Positions 1 to 13,601 are shown, counted from the stretch's first letter. The stretch is 64,000 nucleotides of DNA from Schizochytrium sp. TIO01 (GCA_004764695.1 SMSO01000032.1:806001-870000), one strand, 5' to 3'. A program made the numbers and translations. Notes: generated by a model not told the origin, from the letters alone.

Positions 1-28
1 CCGTTGCAGTACCCTTGTCGCCATCCAT
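1..28 (-). CDS. Possible 5' end of a gene running off the left edge (MDGDKGTAT...)
   Basis: ATG at 28..26 in GGCACCATGG context, the same context as the GRK start at 35454. Only 9 codons are visible. Confidence 0.3.
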
Positions 29-2324
29 GGTGCCTCGAAAGCGCTCTGTCGCTAAGGCAGTCCCGAAAGACACTACTCTTGTATCTATCTATCTACTCTC
101 CATCCAGACTCTTGTGGGCTTCTTGCAAGTGAATTATAAGGTTTTTAATAGTAATGTTTTCTGAGTAGTTAATGTGAAATATAGAATAGGACATATAAGC
201 CAACTTTGGTAAAGTTCACTTTGTCTGTTCCGGTTCAGAGAAGAAGGGATAAAAGTAGTTTATCTAAACTACTAGACAGGTGGTACCTACTACCATAGGT
301 CAGAATTTAGTAAAGACAATACCTAACATAAAAACTTTAGATCGGATTCCACATTGAGTACACAATGAGCTCAATCGTGCTTGACCGAGATTTGGTTGTA
401 CTTTAAAGAAATAAATTGGTCCTTGAAAAAGAATGTGGATAGTATCTCTAGGGCTTGAAACGGACATGTATAAGAAGAATATGGAGGACGCTACATTATT
501 GCCAACACTCTTAAGACGCCCAGATTACCAGCACAGCGGACACGTGCATGATGAGTTGATCAGTTATTCTTACTGCTCCTGATCGTGTGTCTATGAACCC
601 TGAACAACGCAAGTGCGGAATTACCTAAACTTTAAAGGAGGGTTAATTTTTATTAAGTAGACAAGGTTTAATATTTAGGTAAAGGTGCAACGATGTGAAC
701 AAATATTATACAGCACAGCAATCAGCATAATTACATTGCTTGTCCCTTCTATCTCTGGGTGGCAGTTTCCAAAAGTGGAGGTTATTTTAAGCTATTTTAA
801 ATGGATATGAGGAATTTGCCGCGACATAATGATTTACCAAAACGAGGGCAGTCATATCAACGGTGTAGGACTACAAGAGACTTTTCTCCAGATTTTTATT
901 ATTATCCTGAGAGAATGGACGGGGGTGAGTTTTGGTAAGTTATAATCTAATAAGCGACGTTGACGAAATGGTTACGTGGCACCTGGTCAACGCATGCCAC
1001 AAGACCTTCTCTTGGATTGATATATAGCGTAGCGATGAGCACCCCCCCCCCCAAAAAAATAAAAGAAACACACATAAAAAAAATACTTATAACAATGATT
1101 CATTCATTTGCCAATTTGTATTCACAGCCTATTCAGAATATACGCCGTGCAAGCACCAGACAGCAGCTGTCCACCGTGGTTCCACATCGTAGAAAGGTGG
1201 ATATTTTAGTATTATTCGACGAGATGCGCTAACGATTTATCGGCAACTACCCCCCGGCAATGACAGCGACCATGATGCTCCTCCAACTAACAAGGCATTG
1301 TTCGCAAACTATAAGGAATAGATTACTCAAGGCTGCTTGAAAGAGTTTTGGTAATGCTATTGAAATTCAAACTAGATTCATTTGTCCTGCAGAACTGTGA
1401 TTTTCGAATACTTGTTTAATTTTCATATACACACGACCGAAACCATAGTTCCACGAAGCCTAAATTCACCCAAAAAGTGATATTGGCTCGTTTTACTTTA
1501 TTTTCAAGACAGTAAAAACGCAGGGTAAAAACTCGAAAATCAAATAGAATACAATCAGAAAGCAAGCGAACTCAAATCTTAAACAATATGTTGTTTTGTT
1601 GTAACTTGACCAGGTCTTTGTTCACGACCAAGCTCTTTCATTTGTTTATTTAGTTTGTCATTATTTCAAGTCAATTCCTTCCTCATTTGGTACATAGGGT
1701 TGATGCCTTAGCAATTTTTTTTCCTTACGTTGTGAGGAATTATAAAACCTTCATTTGGGAAGTACCTGGTAGGTGGGGTGTTTTATCTCAGAATAGCATT
1801 CATTTAGGCCTTTGGTGAAAAATAGAGGTTAGATATGAGTATAGCAAGGTCGAGTATTTATTGCAAGTTTGTTAATCTCGAAAGAAAGGATGAAGTAGAA
1901 ACAGTGAACATGTTGATTATTTGGGTAGTGTACTGAAACGGTTACATGGGTTAACTAGCTTGTTCAGTTTGGAACAGAAATCGTCTTTTAGTAGGACGAG
2001 ACGAATACTCTACAGATACGTGGTGTGTGTGTAAACTTCAGATCAAATGTATCCGCGGTTTTCTCATTTCAACTTGATAGAAATTTGAAAGACCACTTTT
2101 TGCTAATACTCCCTAGAATAATTGTTTCTAAGGAGATATTCTTTTATTACGTGTTTGCGTGCTTTCCAAGATATTGCCAGTAGGATAAGCATTGACAATA
2201 CCTCTTTCTTCTACTATTATTAAGTTGAGGTGAGACGAGGATGGAATATGTGCATGAATGTGCATGATATGTGTGAATGGTTGGCTCCCTGATGCTAATA
2301 AGAGGCAATCGTTTCGATTGATTC

Positions 2325-4214
2325 TTATGAAGCAATGAGACCTTGACTCATGTCGACGAGGGTATCGACAGGAACAGCAAAGTTAAAGCCGAGAAGGGGG
2401 CCGCGGGATTCAGTCCGGCGGGGGGGAGTCGGCTTTACTGCCCGAGAGGAAAATGTGCTGCTCGAGTTGGTCGTGCCCATAGTGGAAACAGAGTCACTGG
2501 ACGGGATCTTCTCGAGGCGAGTTGGTGTTGTTGAAGACGAGCTACTACGAGCCGGGTCCATAGTGAAACGGGTTCCCTCGTGAGCGCAGCGGGGTGGGCG
2601 CTCGTCATCATCGGAAGATGATGAGGTCTTCAGCGGGGTGTCGAGGTGCTCATTGAGTTTCTCGCCGTCGAGTGTCTTGGCGTCACGAAAGTATTTGGCC
2701 ACCACCTCGGAGTCGACAACATGAGCGTCCTTACCTGAGTCAACGTACTGAGCAATCTCCTTATCAACGGGGCCCTGGCGAATGTCGACCTTTGACCAGT
2801 TAAAGGACTCAAGGTAAGGGTGCTTCTTGACTTCTTCAACGCCATTAGCGCCAAGGCGATCATTGCTCTCGGGAATAAGAAGACTCTCAATAAACTGAGA
2901 TGCAAGAGCGGCATCGGCATCGTCGCCAGCGAGTTTGCGGAATTGGGCGAAGTTAGCACCCTCGTCTGAGAGAATCTTTTCGTCGATCTTGGCAGTATTC
3001 TTGTCATAGAAAGCGGGCTTCCCAACAATCAGCTCGAAGATGAGACATCCAACTTGCCACCAGTCAGTGGAAAGGTTGTGGCCAGTGCCGCGAATCTGCT
3101 CCGGACTCATGTAGTACCGGGTACCACAGAGACTGAATGTGAACCCATAGCGGTTGCGCTCGTTGCGTGGGGAAGGACGCGGGGTGAGCTGTTTGCTGAG
3201 ACCAAAGTCAATGAGCTTGATGTGTCCGTCGATATCGAGCATGATGTTCTCGAGCTTAATATCGCGGTGCATAATACCGTGGGCGTGAAGGCTGCCGACA
3301 GCTGAGACGAGCTCGGCGGCAATCTGAGTGGTTGCGTCAAGAGAGAGACGCTTCTTGGCACGAATAAGACTCCACAAATCGCCGCGAGCGGCAAATTCCT
3401 GAGCTAATAAGAGCTTACCCCGCTCGCGGAAAGCAAAGGCAAGGCGGCCGACCCAGCGGTTGTCTACAAGTTGTCCGAGCAGGAGACGCTCGGTGATTTG
3501 CTTCTCCAGTTTGAGTTGGCCAATTCCCTTGGGAGAAGAGTCTGTTTTTGACTTGCCATGTTTCTTCTGGTCACGCCGGCGCTGGGCTTCTGCGCGAGCA
3601 GCAGCCACAGATTCCTCCCGCATTTCTTTGAGAGCAAGAACGGTACCGGTGGCTTTGTGAGAAACAAGGGTAACCTTTCCAAAATGACCAGCGCCGAGCA
3701 GGAGTAGCGGCTCGAAGTCGGCACGCTTGGGCGGGCTCTTAATGGAGAGACGATCGATGTGGCGCATCCAGCGTTGAAGTTCTTCCTCAGATTGGCACAT
3801 AAGGACAACCTTTTTGATTTTGTCCTGCTTCTTTTCGCTAACGTAAGCGACCTCGAATGCGTACGCCGGGAGGCCCTTCTTGGCCTTGATTTGACCACTA
3901 ACATCACGGACGACAGCACCCTCGAGATTGATGACACGAACTTTGGGCGAAAACTCAATGCTGTTTCTCCTCAAAATCTCGCCCTTGTCTTCCTTCAATG
4001 GGTTGTCGGCGCTCACGGACTGTTTACTGATATGTTTGGGCAAATTAGACTCAAGGTTCTTGGAGCCGTCCACCACAGGGTCAATAAGAAGGTAGCTCGA
4101 CCGCAACCTCACATCAACGGGAGCTGTGGATTTGCCGGGGAGAAGTTTCCTTTTGCTGCGCTCAATAAGTCTGCCCTCGAGGCTGCTCGGTAGCCGCTCG
4201 ATTAGCACCTTCAT
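2325..4214 (-). CDS. PH-domain AGC-group Ser/Thr kinase (PKB/Akt-like architecture), 629 aa
   Basis: PH-like N-terminus ending AYAFEV...LMCQSEEELQRWMRHI. Kinase motifs LGAGHFGKV, ALKEM, HRDIKLEN, DFG, SLCGTRYYMSPE, DWWQVG. AGC tail RLG..GVEEVKKHPY..FNW and hydrophobic-motif-like LLGFNF. Confidence 0.92.
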   Translation of the reverse strand: MKVLIERLPSSLEGRLIERSKRKLLPGKSTAPVDVRLRSSYLLIDPVVDGSKNLESNLPKHISKQSVSADNPLKEDKGEILRRNSIEFSPKVRVINLEGAVVRDVSGQIKAKKGLPAYAFEVAYVSEKKQDKIKKVVLMCQSEEELQRWMRHIDRLSIKSPPKRADFEPLLLLGAGHFGKVTLVSHKATGTVLALKEMREESVAAARAEAQRRRDQKKHGKSKTDSSPKGIGQLKLEKQITERLLLGQLVDNRWVGRLAFAFRERGKLLLAQEFAARGDLWSLIRAKKRLSLDATTQIAAELVSAVGSLHAHGIMHRDIKLENIMLDIDGHIKLIDFGLSKQLTPRPSPRNERNRYGFTFSLCGTRYYMSPEQIRGTGHNLSTDWWQVGCLIFELIVGKPAFYDKNTAKIDEKILSDEGANFAQFRKLAGDDADAALASQFIESLLIPESNDRLGANGVEEVKKHPYLESFNWSKVDIRQGPVDKEIAQYVDSGKDAHVVDSEVVAKYFRDAKTLDGEKLNEHLDTPLKTSSSSDDDERPPRCAHEGTRFTMDPARSSSSSTTPTRLEKIPSSDSVSTMGTTNSSSTFSSRAVKPTPPRRTESRGPLLGFNFAVPVDTLVDMSQGLIAS

Positions 4215-4579
4215 GATGTCTGTCCTATATGTCTATTTGTCTGTGTGTTGTGTTGTTGTTGTTGTTGTTGTCCTAAAATTGAAACAACCAGCGAATTTAT
4301 CGATCACTCGATCACTTCAGTGCTGGTGTTCCTCGATGCGTGCGTGCAGAGTCGGGTATTGCCTGATTCCCTGTTTGCCTGCGACTTATCTCCGCGTCTC
4401 AATAGTCAAATTTACAGCGGAGGTTCACTCGCTGCCGATCGCTTGTCGGCGCTTGCTTCAATTCCGGTTTTGATCAATGAGGGGTTTTCGAAGACGATGT
4501 TTGTTTTAGTTTGTTTTGTTTTGTTTTAAACATTTTCTGGAAATACTTTCTTTTCTACCATTTCTTTAATAACTTTTTA

Positions 4580-4960
4580 AATAACATCCTTTCTTTTCCT
4601 TTCTCGACGCCTGCGTTTTTCAGTGATTCAAATAGTGACTGACTCTCATCACCGCCCCCTTTTCACTCTTCTTATTCTTGTTCTTCTTCTTCTTTCCTTT
4701 TCTTTTCTTTTCTTTTCTTTTCTTTTTCTCTGCTCCCTCTTCCCCTGACTGCCCCCCCCTTCGCGCCTGCTTGTTCTCTATTCCCTCCTATTTTTGTTCT
4801 CCATACTTTCTCTTTTCCTTTATTCTTTTTTCCTTATTCTCTCTTCTTTTCTGTATTTCCCGGTGTAAAGGGTTCGGCGCTTCCTTGATTCTCGACTTTC
4901 TTCCTCTTGCGCTCCCTCGCTGCGCCTTTTTTCCTCTGCTTTTCCCCATTGTTTCTCAAT
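4580..4960. repeat. Polypyrimidine (+) / polypurine (-) low-complexity tract upstream of the kinase
   Basis: Mostly C/T, with (TTC)n and (TTTTC)n runs. It produces the spurious poly-F ORF 4678..4968. Confidence 0.7.
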
Positions 4961-7900
4961 ATTTTTAAAACCTCTTTCATATAAGACAAGTAAATAATTT
5001 CAATTAAATGTTAATTAAACAAAGAACAGTACTTCAGATGATACAACTTCGTTCCTTCGAGATGCGAGTCTTCTTCTCTTCTTCGTTAGACCACTAAGTT
5101 CTCCTCGGCTCGGCACGTACCGTCCTCTGCGCTCGTCAACCCTTCCTGCTCAGCTTTTGCAGCGATGCTTCTTTCTTCGCTGCGTTGCTGACCCAGCCAG
5201 GTCTATCTAAGGCTGGCTGTTCCTTTTCCTACTCTCCCTTTAATATTCTGCAGACTGCACACTCCTCAACATCATTCATTCATTCATTCATAATGGATAA
5301 CTGCTAGGTCCTACTGCGAATAAGTAGGTGGCCAGGACATTGTTTTGAGAAGGAATAATGAATGAGGGACCACCGTCATCATTGCGAGGCGCATGAGAGC
5401 CATGAAATGACGACGGCCTTGAAGAGTGCGTGTTCTTTCTTCTCTCGCTCCTCCGTCTTTGTAGTGCCTTCGCTGAGGGCGTCGAGGCCGCTTGGTCCTG
5501 GCTCTGAACGCCCCGTCAAGCCGGCAAGCGGATAGGAGTAGAAGCTTTCTCGAGCGGATTTGCGGCATCTTGAAGCTTGCAACTGCGGCTCTACTTCCCC
5601 CATAGTCCGATATGGGAACAAGCAGGCGGAAAGAAGCCCTCCTGCTTAAATAAAAGAAAAAGCCTCTGATTGTGGTGCTATTTTAAATTACTGAATTTAT
5701 TTTAAGAGATACATAATAGTAATAATAAAAATCATCATCGCAATTAGGTCAAAGAAACACGTGAAAGAAAAGGAAATGAAGAACGTCGTACATTCCGGTC
5801 GCCGCCAGAAAGACCGACAGACAGACAGATTGACAGACTGACAGACAATAGATAGCTAGATAGATAGATTGAAAGCTGTGTGTTTCAGTCATTCGATTAG
5901 CTCTCCTTCTACGCGTTATCGTCGGCAAGACCCTCATCCTGCACAGATATATGCAAATATACAAAAACGAGACCTCCATCGCTGCTCGCTATTCTCGTCG
6001 GCCGCTCGGAGCCGCTCGTGCTGCCAAGGAATGAAGAACTGGACCCTAATTTTATACTTCGAAGAAGACAAGCTATAGCTGACTAGCTACTAGCAGTTTA
6101 CTACTTTTGCTTCAAAAATTGATTCCCTGTTCTTTTCTTCTCGCCTATTCCTTGATCCGCTATGAGAGTCTATAGAACTTCTAGCAGCTCCCCTTCTTTA
6201 TAAGCCTAAGGCACTGTTCCCGGCACAACCACAGGTGTTAGTCATCCAGAGCAGCACAGTTCTTCAAGTTATCCCCTTACGCGTCATTTTCATCAAGAAG
6301 AATGAGGCAGCAGAGTATTCGCCTCCGCGGATAACGAATCACAAGCTGGGTAGTGCGTAGTATGTACAGATTTAGTTTTAGCGCAATGAGAGTCACAACG
6401 AGATCTCGAAGCCTACAATTGTATAGTTGTAGTTTTTAAAGCTTCTATTATTTAATTTTGCTTTTAATTAAAAAAGTAATAAAATTAACAATAATAATAA
6501 TAATAATAATACTTTCAAGTCCTCGATGATATTCAAGTTATTTATTATTGTTGGTGACATGGGGTGACGCCTCCTGGTGACCAGTAGCAGTATGCTATGG
6601 TGCGGTAGGCAGAACTCCTTCTGAGAGCAGCGGCGATAAGACAGGGAAAGGGCGACGCCGACAGTTAGTTTATTATTCGTTTGTCGGTTCGTTCGTTCGT
6701 TCGTTGGTTCGTTTGGCGCTGTTGTCGTCACCGTTCCTATGGTATCGCATGATTGGCCCTCTGAGTCTGCCAGACGGGACACAGACGGCTGCGGTCGAAT
6801 CCGCCATACTTTAGACTGGTTCTGGCGCGAATATTCGTCAGATTTATCAGTCCTCGAGGACTTGGATTGAGTCGTCGTCTCGAAGAGATCAGCCGTTCAA
6901 CTCGACCTGCGTTCTTTTTAGCATGCTTCATTGCTCGTTCCGCCATCTTCCCCTCTTGAAGTTGGTCGCGGCGGAGCGCCATTCCCAAGGTACCCCTTAG
7001 ATGTGTGCAACACCATTTGTTTCAACAGGAAAACTTTGGTATTCAGGGGGGTGAAGTAGAACGTTTCTGAAACTTTGGTGCGCGGAACCCTGTTGTAAGA
7101 GAAGGGCCACGACAATATTGCCGGTATCGCCAAGCTTGCAACTGCGTTGAAGGCTAGGTATAGGCAGCGCCACTTCTTTCCAGAACACAAGTCCTTTGGG
7201 CAGCTGCCAATTGACTCATGCAATTCCAGCTAGTATCTCTTCTGCGCGAAGATTTGTCCTGGCACCCAAGCTTTGTCTACTTCTGTTTATTTCTTCTGCT
7301 AGGCGCTGCCAATCTAACGAAACTATGGAGCGAATTGAAGTTTGTACCAAAGAAGCTGTGGTTCATTTAAAATGAATTCTTTTCGCCAGGAGGTGGCAAC
7401 TTCCGGGCCTCCGCCACCGATGACGCCGTGGCTACGCTGCGCCAGGGGCCACCGCGCTCGGCGTGCCTCTTATCTATCTCTGGCCCGAGATGGTCTCCGC
7501 TGCATTTCTCAAACCTCTAGAGGTAGCCACCCTGTCTCTGTCTCTGTCTCTGTGCCACCAAAGCGTCTATCTCAGTTCTCCGCCCTTTCTACTGTCGTAT
7601 CATCATGCCGCTGTGATATGATAGCTAAGCTCCAAGCCTGAGGACATGACATTCCGGCACAAGAGTGCCTCAAAGTTCTCAGCTCGAGCACTTTTCTTGT
7701 GCCTAAACTCGCCTCCTCTTCCACTCTCAACGCCTCCACTTCACACCACCGCCTGCCAGCCAGCTATCTGCCCTGCTTCTTCAAAGACTCACGCTTCACC
7801 ACTAACCTCTGTCCGCCCTCATCGTGTAGCTCGCTCTTCACTTTTCTTTTCTCCGCTTGTTTGGTGTTTTATTAACTTAGGTACGACCTACTTTTTTCTA

Positions 7901-10900
7901 AAGGATTTTTTTTAATAGAAACTTTTTTTTAATCGAATTATGATTGAAGAGGCGCGCGCGGTGAACGACATATAATGACGTTCTTCGCTTCATTGCCCTG
8001 TTCTGGAAGGTCTCCTTATCTTTCAACGTCGGGTGTCTAAAAACTTTTCTTCTCTTTCGTGTTTTCCTAACACTCTCTACTATCTAGTTAGAGGCAGGCA
8101 TTTCAATCAATTGACAGAGTTCTTACTAAGCAAGAAAGGTAGGGAGCCTGAAGGCTTGGTTTCCTCCCTCCTGTCAGCGCGCGCAGCACGTCATCCCCGT
8201 TCGGTGGAACCATGCGAAGAAGGCGTAGATGGTATATCCACGACGCCAAAGCCCACTGCCAGTGCCGCCGCCTTCTTCACCACCACCACCACCACCTGTC
8301 GAAAAGAGCCCTTCGACTCGGCGCATCTGCGCCTGGCAGCGAGTTTGAAGGATGTCCTGCTTGATTGGTTGTTTTTATACTCTCTTTCATCATTGTAGTT
8401 TTCGTAAATAAATAGGCAATAGACAAGTCATTTTCTCTTTAATGTTTCTTTAAAATATAAAATGAAACTTAGAAACAGAAAGACACCAGAATTCACCATT
8501 GTAGCGTGCAGGTGCTCAAGCAGATCTTCGCTTGCCAGAACCTACCTACCTACCCACCTACTGTTGCTTTCTTGAGATAGCTTGATCGTTGATGACCATG
8601 AATATAGGTAGGTCGTGAACTGGGCCGGCGGAGAAGATGGTTTGGGTTGCGCTGCTTGAAAGAATCTTCGTCGATAAAGTAGGTAGTACCAAGTCCTGAT
8701 ACTTGGGAAGCAACGTAGCCAAGTTGCCACGAAGTGCAAGACTCTGTCCGTAGCCACCTACGTATCGTAGCACGATTGGATAGCAATTGATTGTGTTGGA
8801 GGACTAAGACTGTAGCAAGGGTGGAGCACAGCCGCAGGATCGATTGAAGATAAACCGTTGAAAGTTCTCACTGCAGAAACACGGAGCGAGCTGGTCCACG
8901 AGCTCTGGCAGCCACTCAACTTGAAGTCAAACATCACATTGGTCTTTTGAAATTGATTGTGAACCAAGAGTTTGTTGCACGCTGAAGGAAACTATCTTGC
9001 ACAGCGAAGAACGAAACCTTGCGATTAGTTTGAAGAGGGAAGCGCCGTTACTGTATACTTCTTTTACAGAGGCTCCAAAACTGGCTCGAGTAGCTCCTGC
9101 GAGTATCTTTGTTGTTGTGATTCTATATTATCTTGGAGTTCGAACTTCTCAAACCTTGGAGATCAAGAATGGATTTTCATCCTGAAAACATCAAAGAGAA
9201 CCATGGTGATGACGTAGAGGTCTAAAATCTTCTGATGAATAATCATCGGAGCAGAGCATCTTCAAGCCAGTGCCAGGAGAAAAGAATGACAATATCTAAC
9301 TCGATGGTAACAAATTTGAACCTCAGCCATTCATTATGTGTTTGCAATTGGATCAATTGCACTATCCATGCAGTTTTCAACGACCATTTGCAACAAATAG
9401 CACAAGAACTACAGAATCCTCGAGGCTCCAATGCTGGAGGCGATAGTCCCGAACCGTGACACTCAGGTAAAGCCTCTCACTTTCATTGCTACTAGTAGGG
9501 TGGAGATGACATTTGGAGGATCAGGAGTCACCCATCCTAATCAACATCCGAATAATAATCAGCGATATTCGTCCCTGCCATAGTAATATTCAGAGATTTC
9601 GAATCTTCTCTTCTTCCAACCTTTTGTCAAAACTTCCATACACGTCATTGGTTAAACTCCTACCTCAACTCTACCGCACTTCATAGCACCGCCTACTACT
9701 ACGTTAATTTCAATCTATTTTTAAAGTTGGTGGTTTTGAGGCTCTTTGTTCCTTGAACGCTCTTAGTCACGCTTTCCATATTTTAAGTTTTTAATTTTTT
9801 ACAAAAAATTAAAAAATGTTTATGATTATATATTTATGTTTCCCTTTAACAATTTAGTAGAAGTCATAGTAGCTCTTCTTGGCGTTCTTTAACTGTTCTT
9901 TTCCCATCAATTAAAATAAAAATATATATATATTTTGTAGACTCATTGGTTAGTGAATAAGTGAAGTAGGTGATTCGTTGATCGCAAAAAATAAAATAAT
10001 TGTTTTTATCGATAACAGAAGTCATTTGGATGTCTGTCGATTTTATTAATATACCAAGGGTGTGCGACGATATGGAAGATGCCTGTTGGGGCAGATGCAG
10101 ATATATGAAACCGAATACTCAGGTCGGTCTGAAGATGGATTTAGGAGAGTAGAAAGGATGACGCGCCAGTGAATCGGTTTGGGCGTTATGAATATAGTCG
10201 TTATTGTAACAGCGTTGAGTGTAGTAGTGAACCTTCTATGGCCGAGAAAATTCGAGATTATTTTATTTTTTTTAATTTTCCCCCGCAGTCTTTGGTTTGA
10301 GACTCACCAAAGTTGAGAGTGCAGCTATTTAATAGCAAAGCAGGAAAAGTCAAACGTGAATATTGGCAAGTATAGTAGCACGGGTTGGGCTGGTACAATT
10401 ATAGGTTTAGAATGAGATTGAGCATAGATTTCTGTGTCCATCTCTTTAAAGCACTTCTGTAGATCGTGTCATTGATTTTCAAACTTAAATCTACAAGTAA
10501 GCACCAAGAGAGGCAAATAGTTGTTACGAATCTCGTTTGCATTGGAAGCCACCTGCAGAAGAATGCAACGCATTTAATAGTATTCGAAGCGTATGGATCA
10601 AAATTTCAATTAATTGCATCTTAATAGCCTGTTGAGGGAAGTTGGATATGTCATTTGCAACTGTCCTTGCTCAAGAAATGTCATCAAGCCTCTGCAACAT
10701 AATCTATGGTAGTAGCTTTTACTTTCCCAGCTCGATGCTGTCTCTAGATCTATTATCGATATAAACGGTGGATTCCAACCCATACGCTGTATAAGATATA
10801 AAGAATTATATTGTCATAAATATGTGCTCGCTCTGCTAACTGATTTGTTTCGTTTGGAATGAAGGTTGCAAGCCTGAGTTTGAACTATTGTAAACTGTAA

Positions 10901-11770
10901 AACCTACTACACAAAAAGATACCTTCGCAGGAGCACTGAAAATGAGACAAATTTCCAGCGAGCAAATTAGAGACGCAAACAGGCGAACTGGAAATATAAT
11001 TTCGCCTTGGAGCGAGAGTGCTGACTAACTATTTTACTGAGCCAGTTTGCTGACCATACGACCAACCGCCGAATAGAACCCCATTACTACCTCTTGTATC
11101 ATGCAATATCGAGTGAGGAAGATTTTTCGCTTCGCGGTAGGTAGAAGCTAGTAAGAGGCTGTATCGGCCGTCATAATCCAATCCAAGCGAGAGCTTATAA
11201 AATGGGCCACCTGGTCTGATCATGAAACCTTTTCGAACGCGAACCATTTTTCTGTATTATGGCCACAGATCTTGGACATCATAATAAGTGTCAACGGGCT
11301 TTCAAAGAAACCTCAAAACGAAAAAGACCATAAGAAGACAGGAGGACCAACAGGTGCCGCACTCTGTGTCCGACCAGGACCATTATGCCTCAAAGTGCTA
11401 GTGTAATTCTTTCACTCAGCTCTGGCGAGCATTGCACCCGAATCATTGATGACGCGTGGAAGTAAACGTCATACTACGAGTTCTAATTTGCACGGTTCTT
11501 TGGTTACTCATTCGCCAAAGAGCAACGTACTACAATTTGGTAAATCCAAGTTCTAAAGAACGGGAAGAGCTGCGACGGCGATTCTAAAATGTAAGCTCGC
11601 AGTCAGATAGACTCAGATACACGCACAAGGAGCACGCAAAATTGCTCCGGAGGCTGGCTCAAGCTGCTCCACCGGTCCTCAAACGGCCAGGTTGTGGTGG
11701 GTATTGGGTTAGTACTATTGGTAGTAAGCTATTCGCAAAGAATTCGATTCATGGCTCTGGTACTAGTGAT

Positions 11771-11826
11771 TGTTGCCCTTCAATTGAGTTCAATTGAACA
11801 ACATGTTGCCCTTCAATTGAACAACA
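11771..11826. repeat. Tandem pair of quasi-palindromic TGTTGCCCTTCAATTGAACAACA units
   Basis: Reads TGTTGCCCTTCAATTGA-GTTCAATTGA-ACAACA, then TGTTGCCCTTCAATTGAACAACA. Confidence 0.8.
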
Positions 11827-13552
11827 CGGTCAACTGCTAGGCTCCATCTACGCGGACCGATAGAAGTGCAAGTGGGATACGGGCGTTCTTTCGTTGCTGA
11901 CCACGACACCGCGAAGGCCTGCGTTGCACAAACTAAAAGTAGCAAAGGATTAACCTCAGGCCTGAAGGTTCTTTGAGCCGAAGCTTTCTTCGAGATGAAG
12001 GTTCGGCATTACACGGTTCCGAGCCAGGAATCACAATACTTGAACACGCACGCACTGGGGCAAGGCAAGCTTGTGCTGAAGGATCTCTTCGATCTCTATT
12101 CTTCAGCTCACTCACCAAAGGAGGCGCGGTCTTTGAGGCTTAAATCACCGAGGCTTTTATTTATTATTATTATTTCGTTTCTTTTTTCTCATTAATGGAC
12201 TAGGAAAGTGTTTTAGTTTTTAACATTGATCATAAAAAAAACACTGCTGCAAACGAACAGTTAGTATTTAAAAAATAAAATGAAATGAAGTAATGATTTT
12301 TTAAAATATAAAATATTTTAAGAGTATATAAATGTTTATGTGAAACTTGTACAAATTCGCATTATTTTTTTTTTTCTGAAAATAAAATAGTCTAAAAAGC
12401 AAGCTGGCGAGGCCTAATAAGGCCGATCGATGCTCATAGCAGTCCAGATTGTCTGCGAACGGCAGCGTCAGCCGGACCGCTAGCGAAGGCCTCTGATAGC
12501 TTTGATGACGATGCTCTCGACGGCAATGGGGCATGAATGAAACGCATTGAAAAACGAAGGAAAGGGAAGAGAAGGAACAAAGTTGAATTCTCAGCAGCCA
12601 GCATGGCACGCCTCGTTTCTCTCCTTTCCTTCTTTCCTCAGGTTCTCTTCACGTTCTTTCCCAGGTAAAGTGAAGTAATAGAGTGGTGATTGCTCCTGAA
12701 CGTTGAAAAGAAAAGTGAGAAGAGTCGCCCCGCCAATGCGCAAATTGCATCTTGTGCACCATAGTATAGAATCCCGCCGTGCCCCCCTCCCTCTTGCTAT
12801 CTGTCCCGCTGCCGTCAACGCCTGACACAAGCACAACGAAGAAGAAAGAAGGAGAATGGCAAGGCAGTCAAAGAAGGTGAGGGAGGGAACGAAGAAGCTT
12901 CGCCGCCCTGGGACTTTGCAAAGCCAGAGTTCCTCATGAATAATGAACGAACGCAGCATAGAAAGAACGGGCAATGCCTGTGCCGCTGGCACTTTCATCC
13001 TTCATCCTGCGGAAGTGGGGGAAGCACCCTCCTCGCTCGCTCGCTCGCTCAGAAGAACCGGCCACCAGTATTCAACGAACCGGATGGACAAGAGGCTGCC
13101 CCGAGGCTTGCTGGCGTTTCCTGAGCGGCCTCAATCGCCTCTGGCTGGGCCTGGGAGCTAGCTAGCTGCTTTCTTTGAGGGTTGGCGAGAACATCTATTT
13201 GTCAATGCTTTTGGTAAACGTTAGCTAACAGTAGCACGGTCTACCCGCCTAGTAACCTAGCTACGAGTAGCCGCTATCACCTATTGGTTACAGAAAGCAG
13301 CCTCTCGGCTGCTAATTCCGATAGGGTGGGCCGAGTGAACCAGGACCTCGGCCAGGCCGTGGAACCCGCTGAGGATGGCAAGGTGGAAAGCAGCGGCGAG
13401 GGCCCTTTCGAAGGACTCGGGACTTGGAGGCTGAAGAAGCTTGAAGTAGCAGCAGCAGCAGCAGCGTGGGAGGCGACGATGGCACCGCCAGTTTGCAGGA
13501 ATGGCGGATGGCCCTTTGGTTTAATCGACAGGCTCATGGGCGAAATTGACGC

Positions 13553-13601
13553 GAATTTTGAATTTTGAATTTTGAATTTTGAATTTTGAATTTTGAATTT
13601 T
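13553..13601. repeat. (GAATTTT)7 perfect heptamer tandem repeat
   Basis: Seven exact copies counted directly. Confidence 0.95.

Noticed and set aside
6770-6810. tRNA T-arm-like GGTCGAATCC
   Set aside because: No cloverleaf, D-arm or acceptor stem could be built around it.
11029-11247. 72-aa ORF with a faint TLDc-like phrase (DTRGSNGVLFGGWS)
   Set aside because: Too short, with no further supporting motifs or exons. Chance similarity is likely; BLASTX would settle it.
11771-11826. CRISPR-like palindromic repeat
   Set aside because: Two abutting copies, no spacers, no cas genes, eukaryotic context.
13284-13568. 94-aa ORF in a GC-rich block
   Set aside because: Non-ATG start, poly-Ala from (GCA)n, ends inside the heptamer repeat, no recognisable motif.
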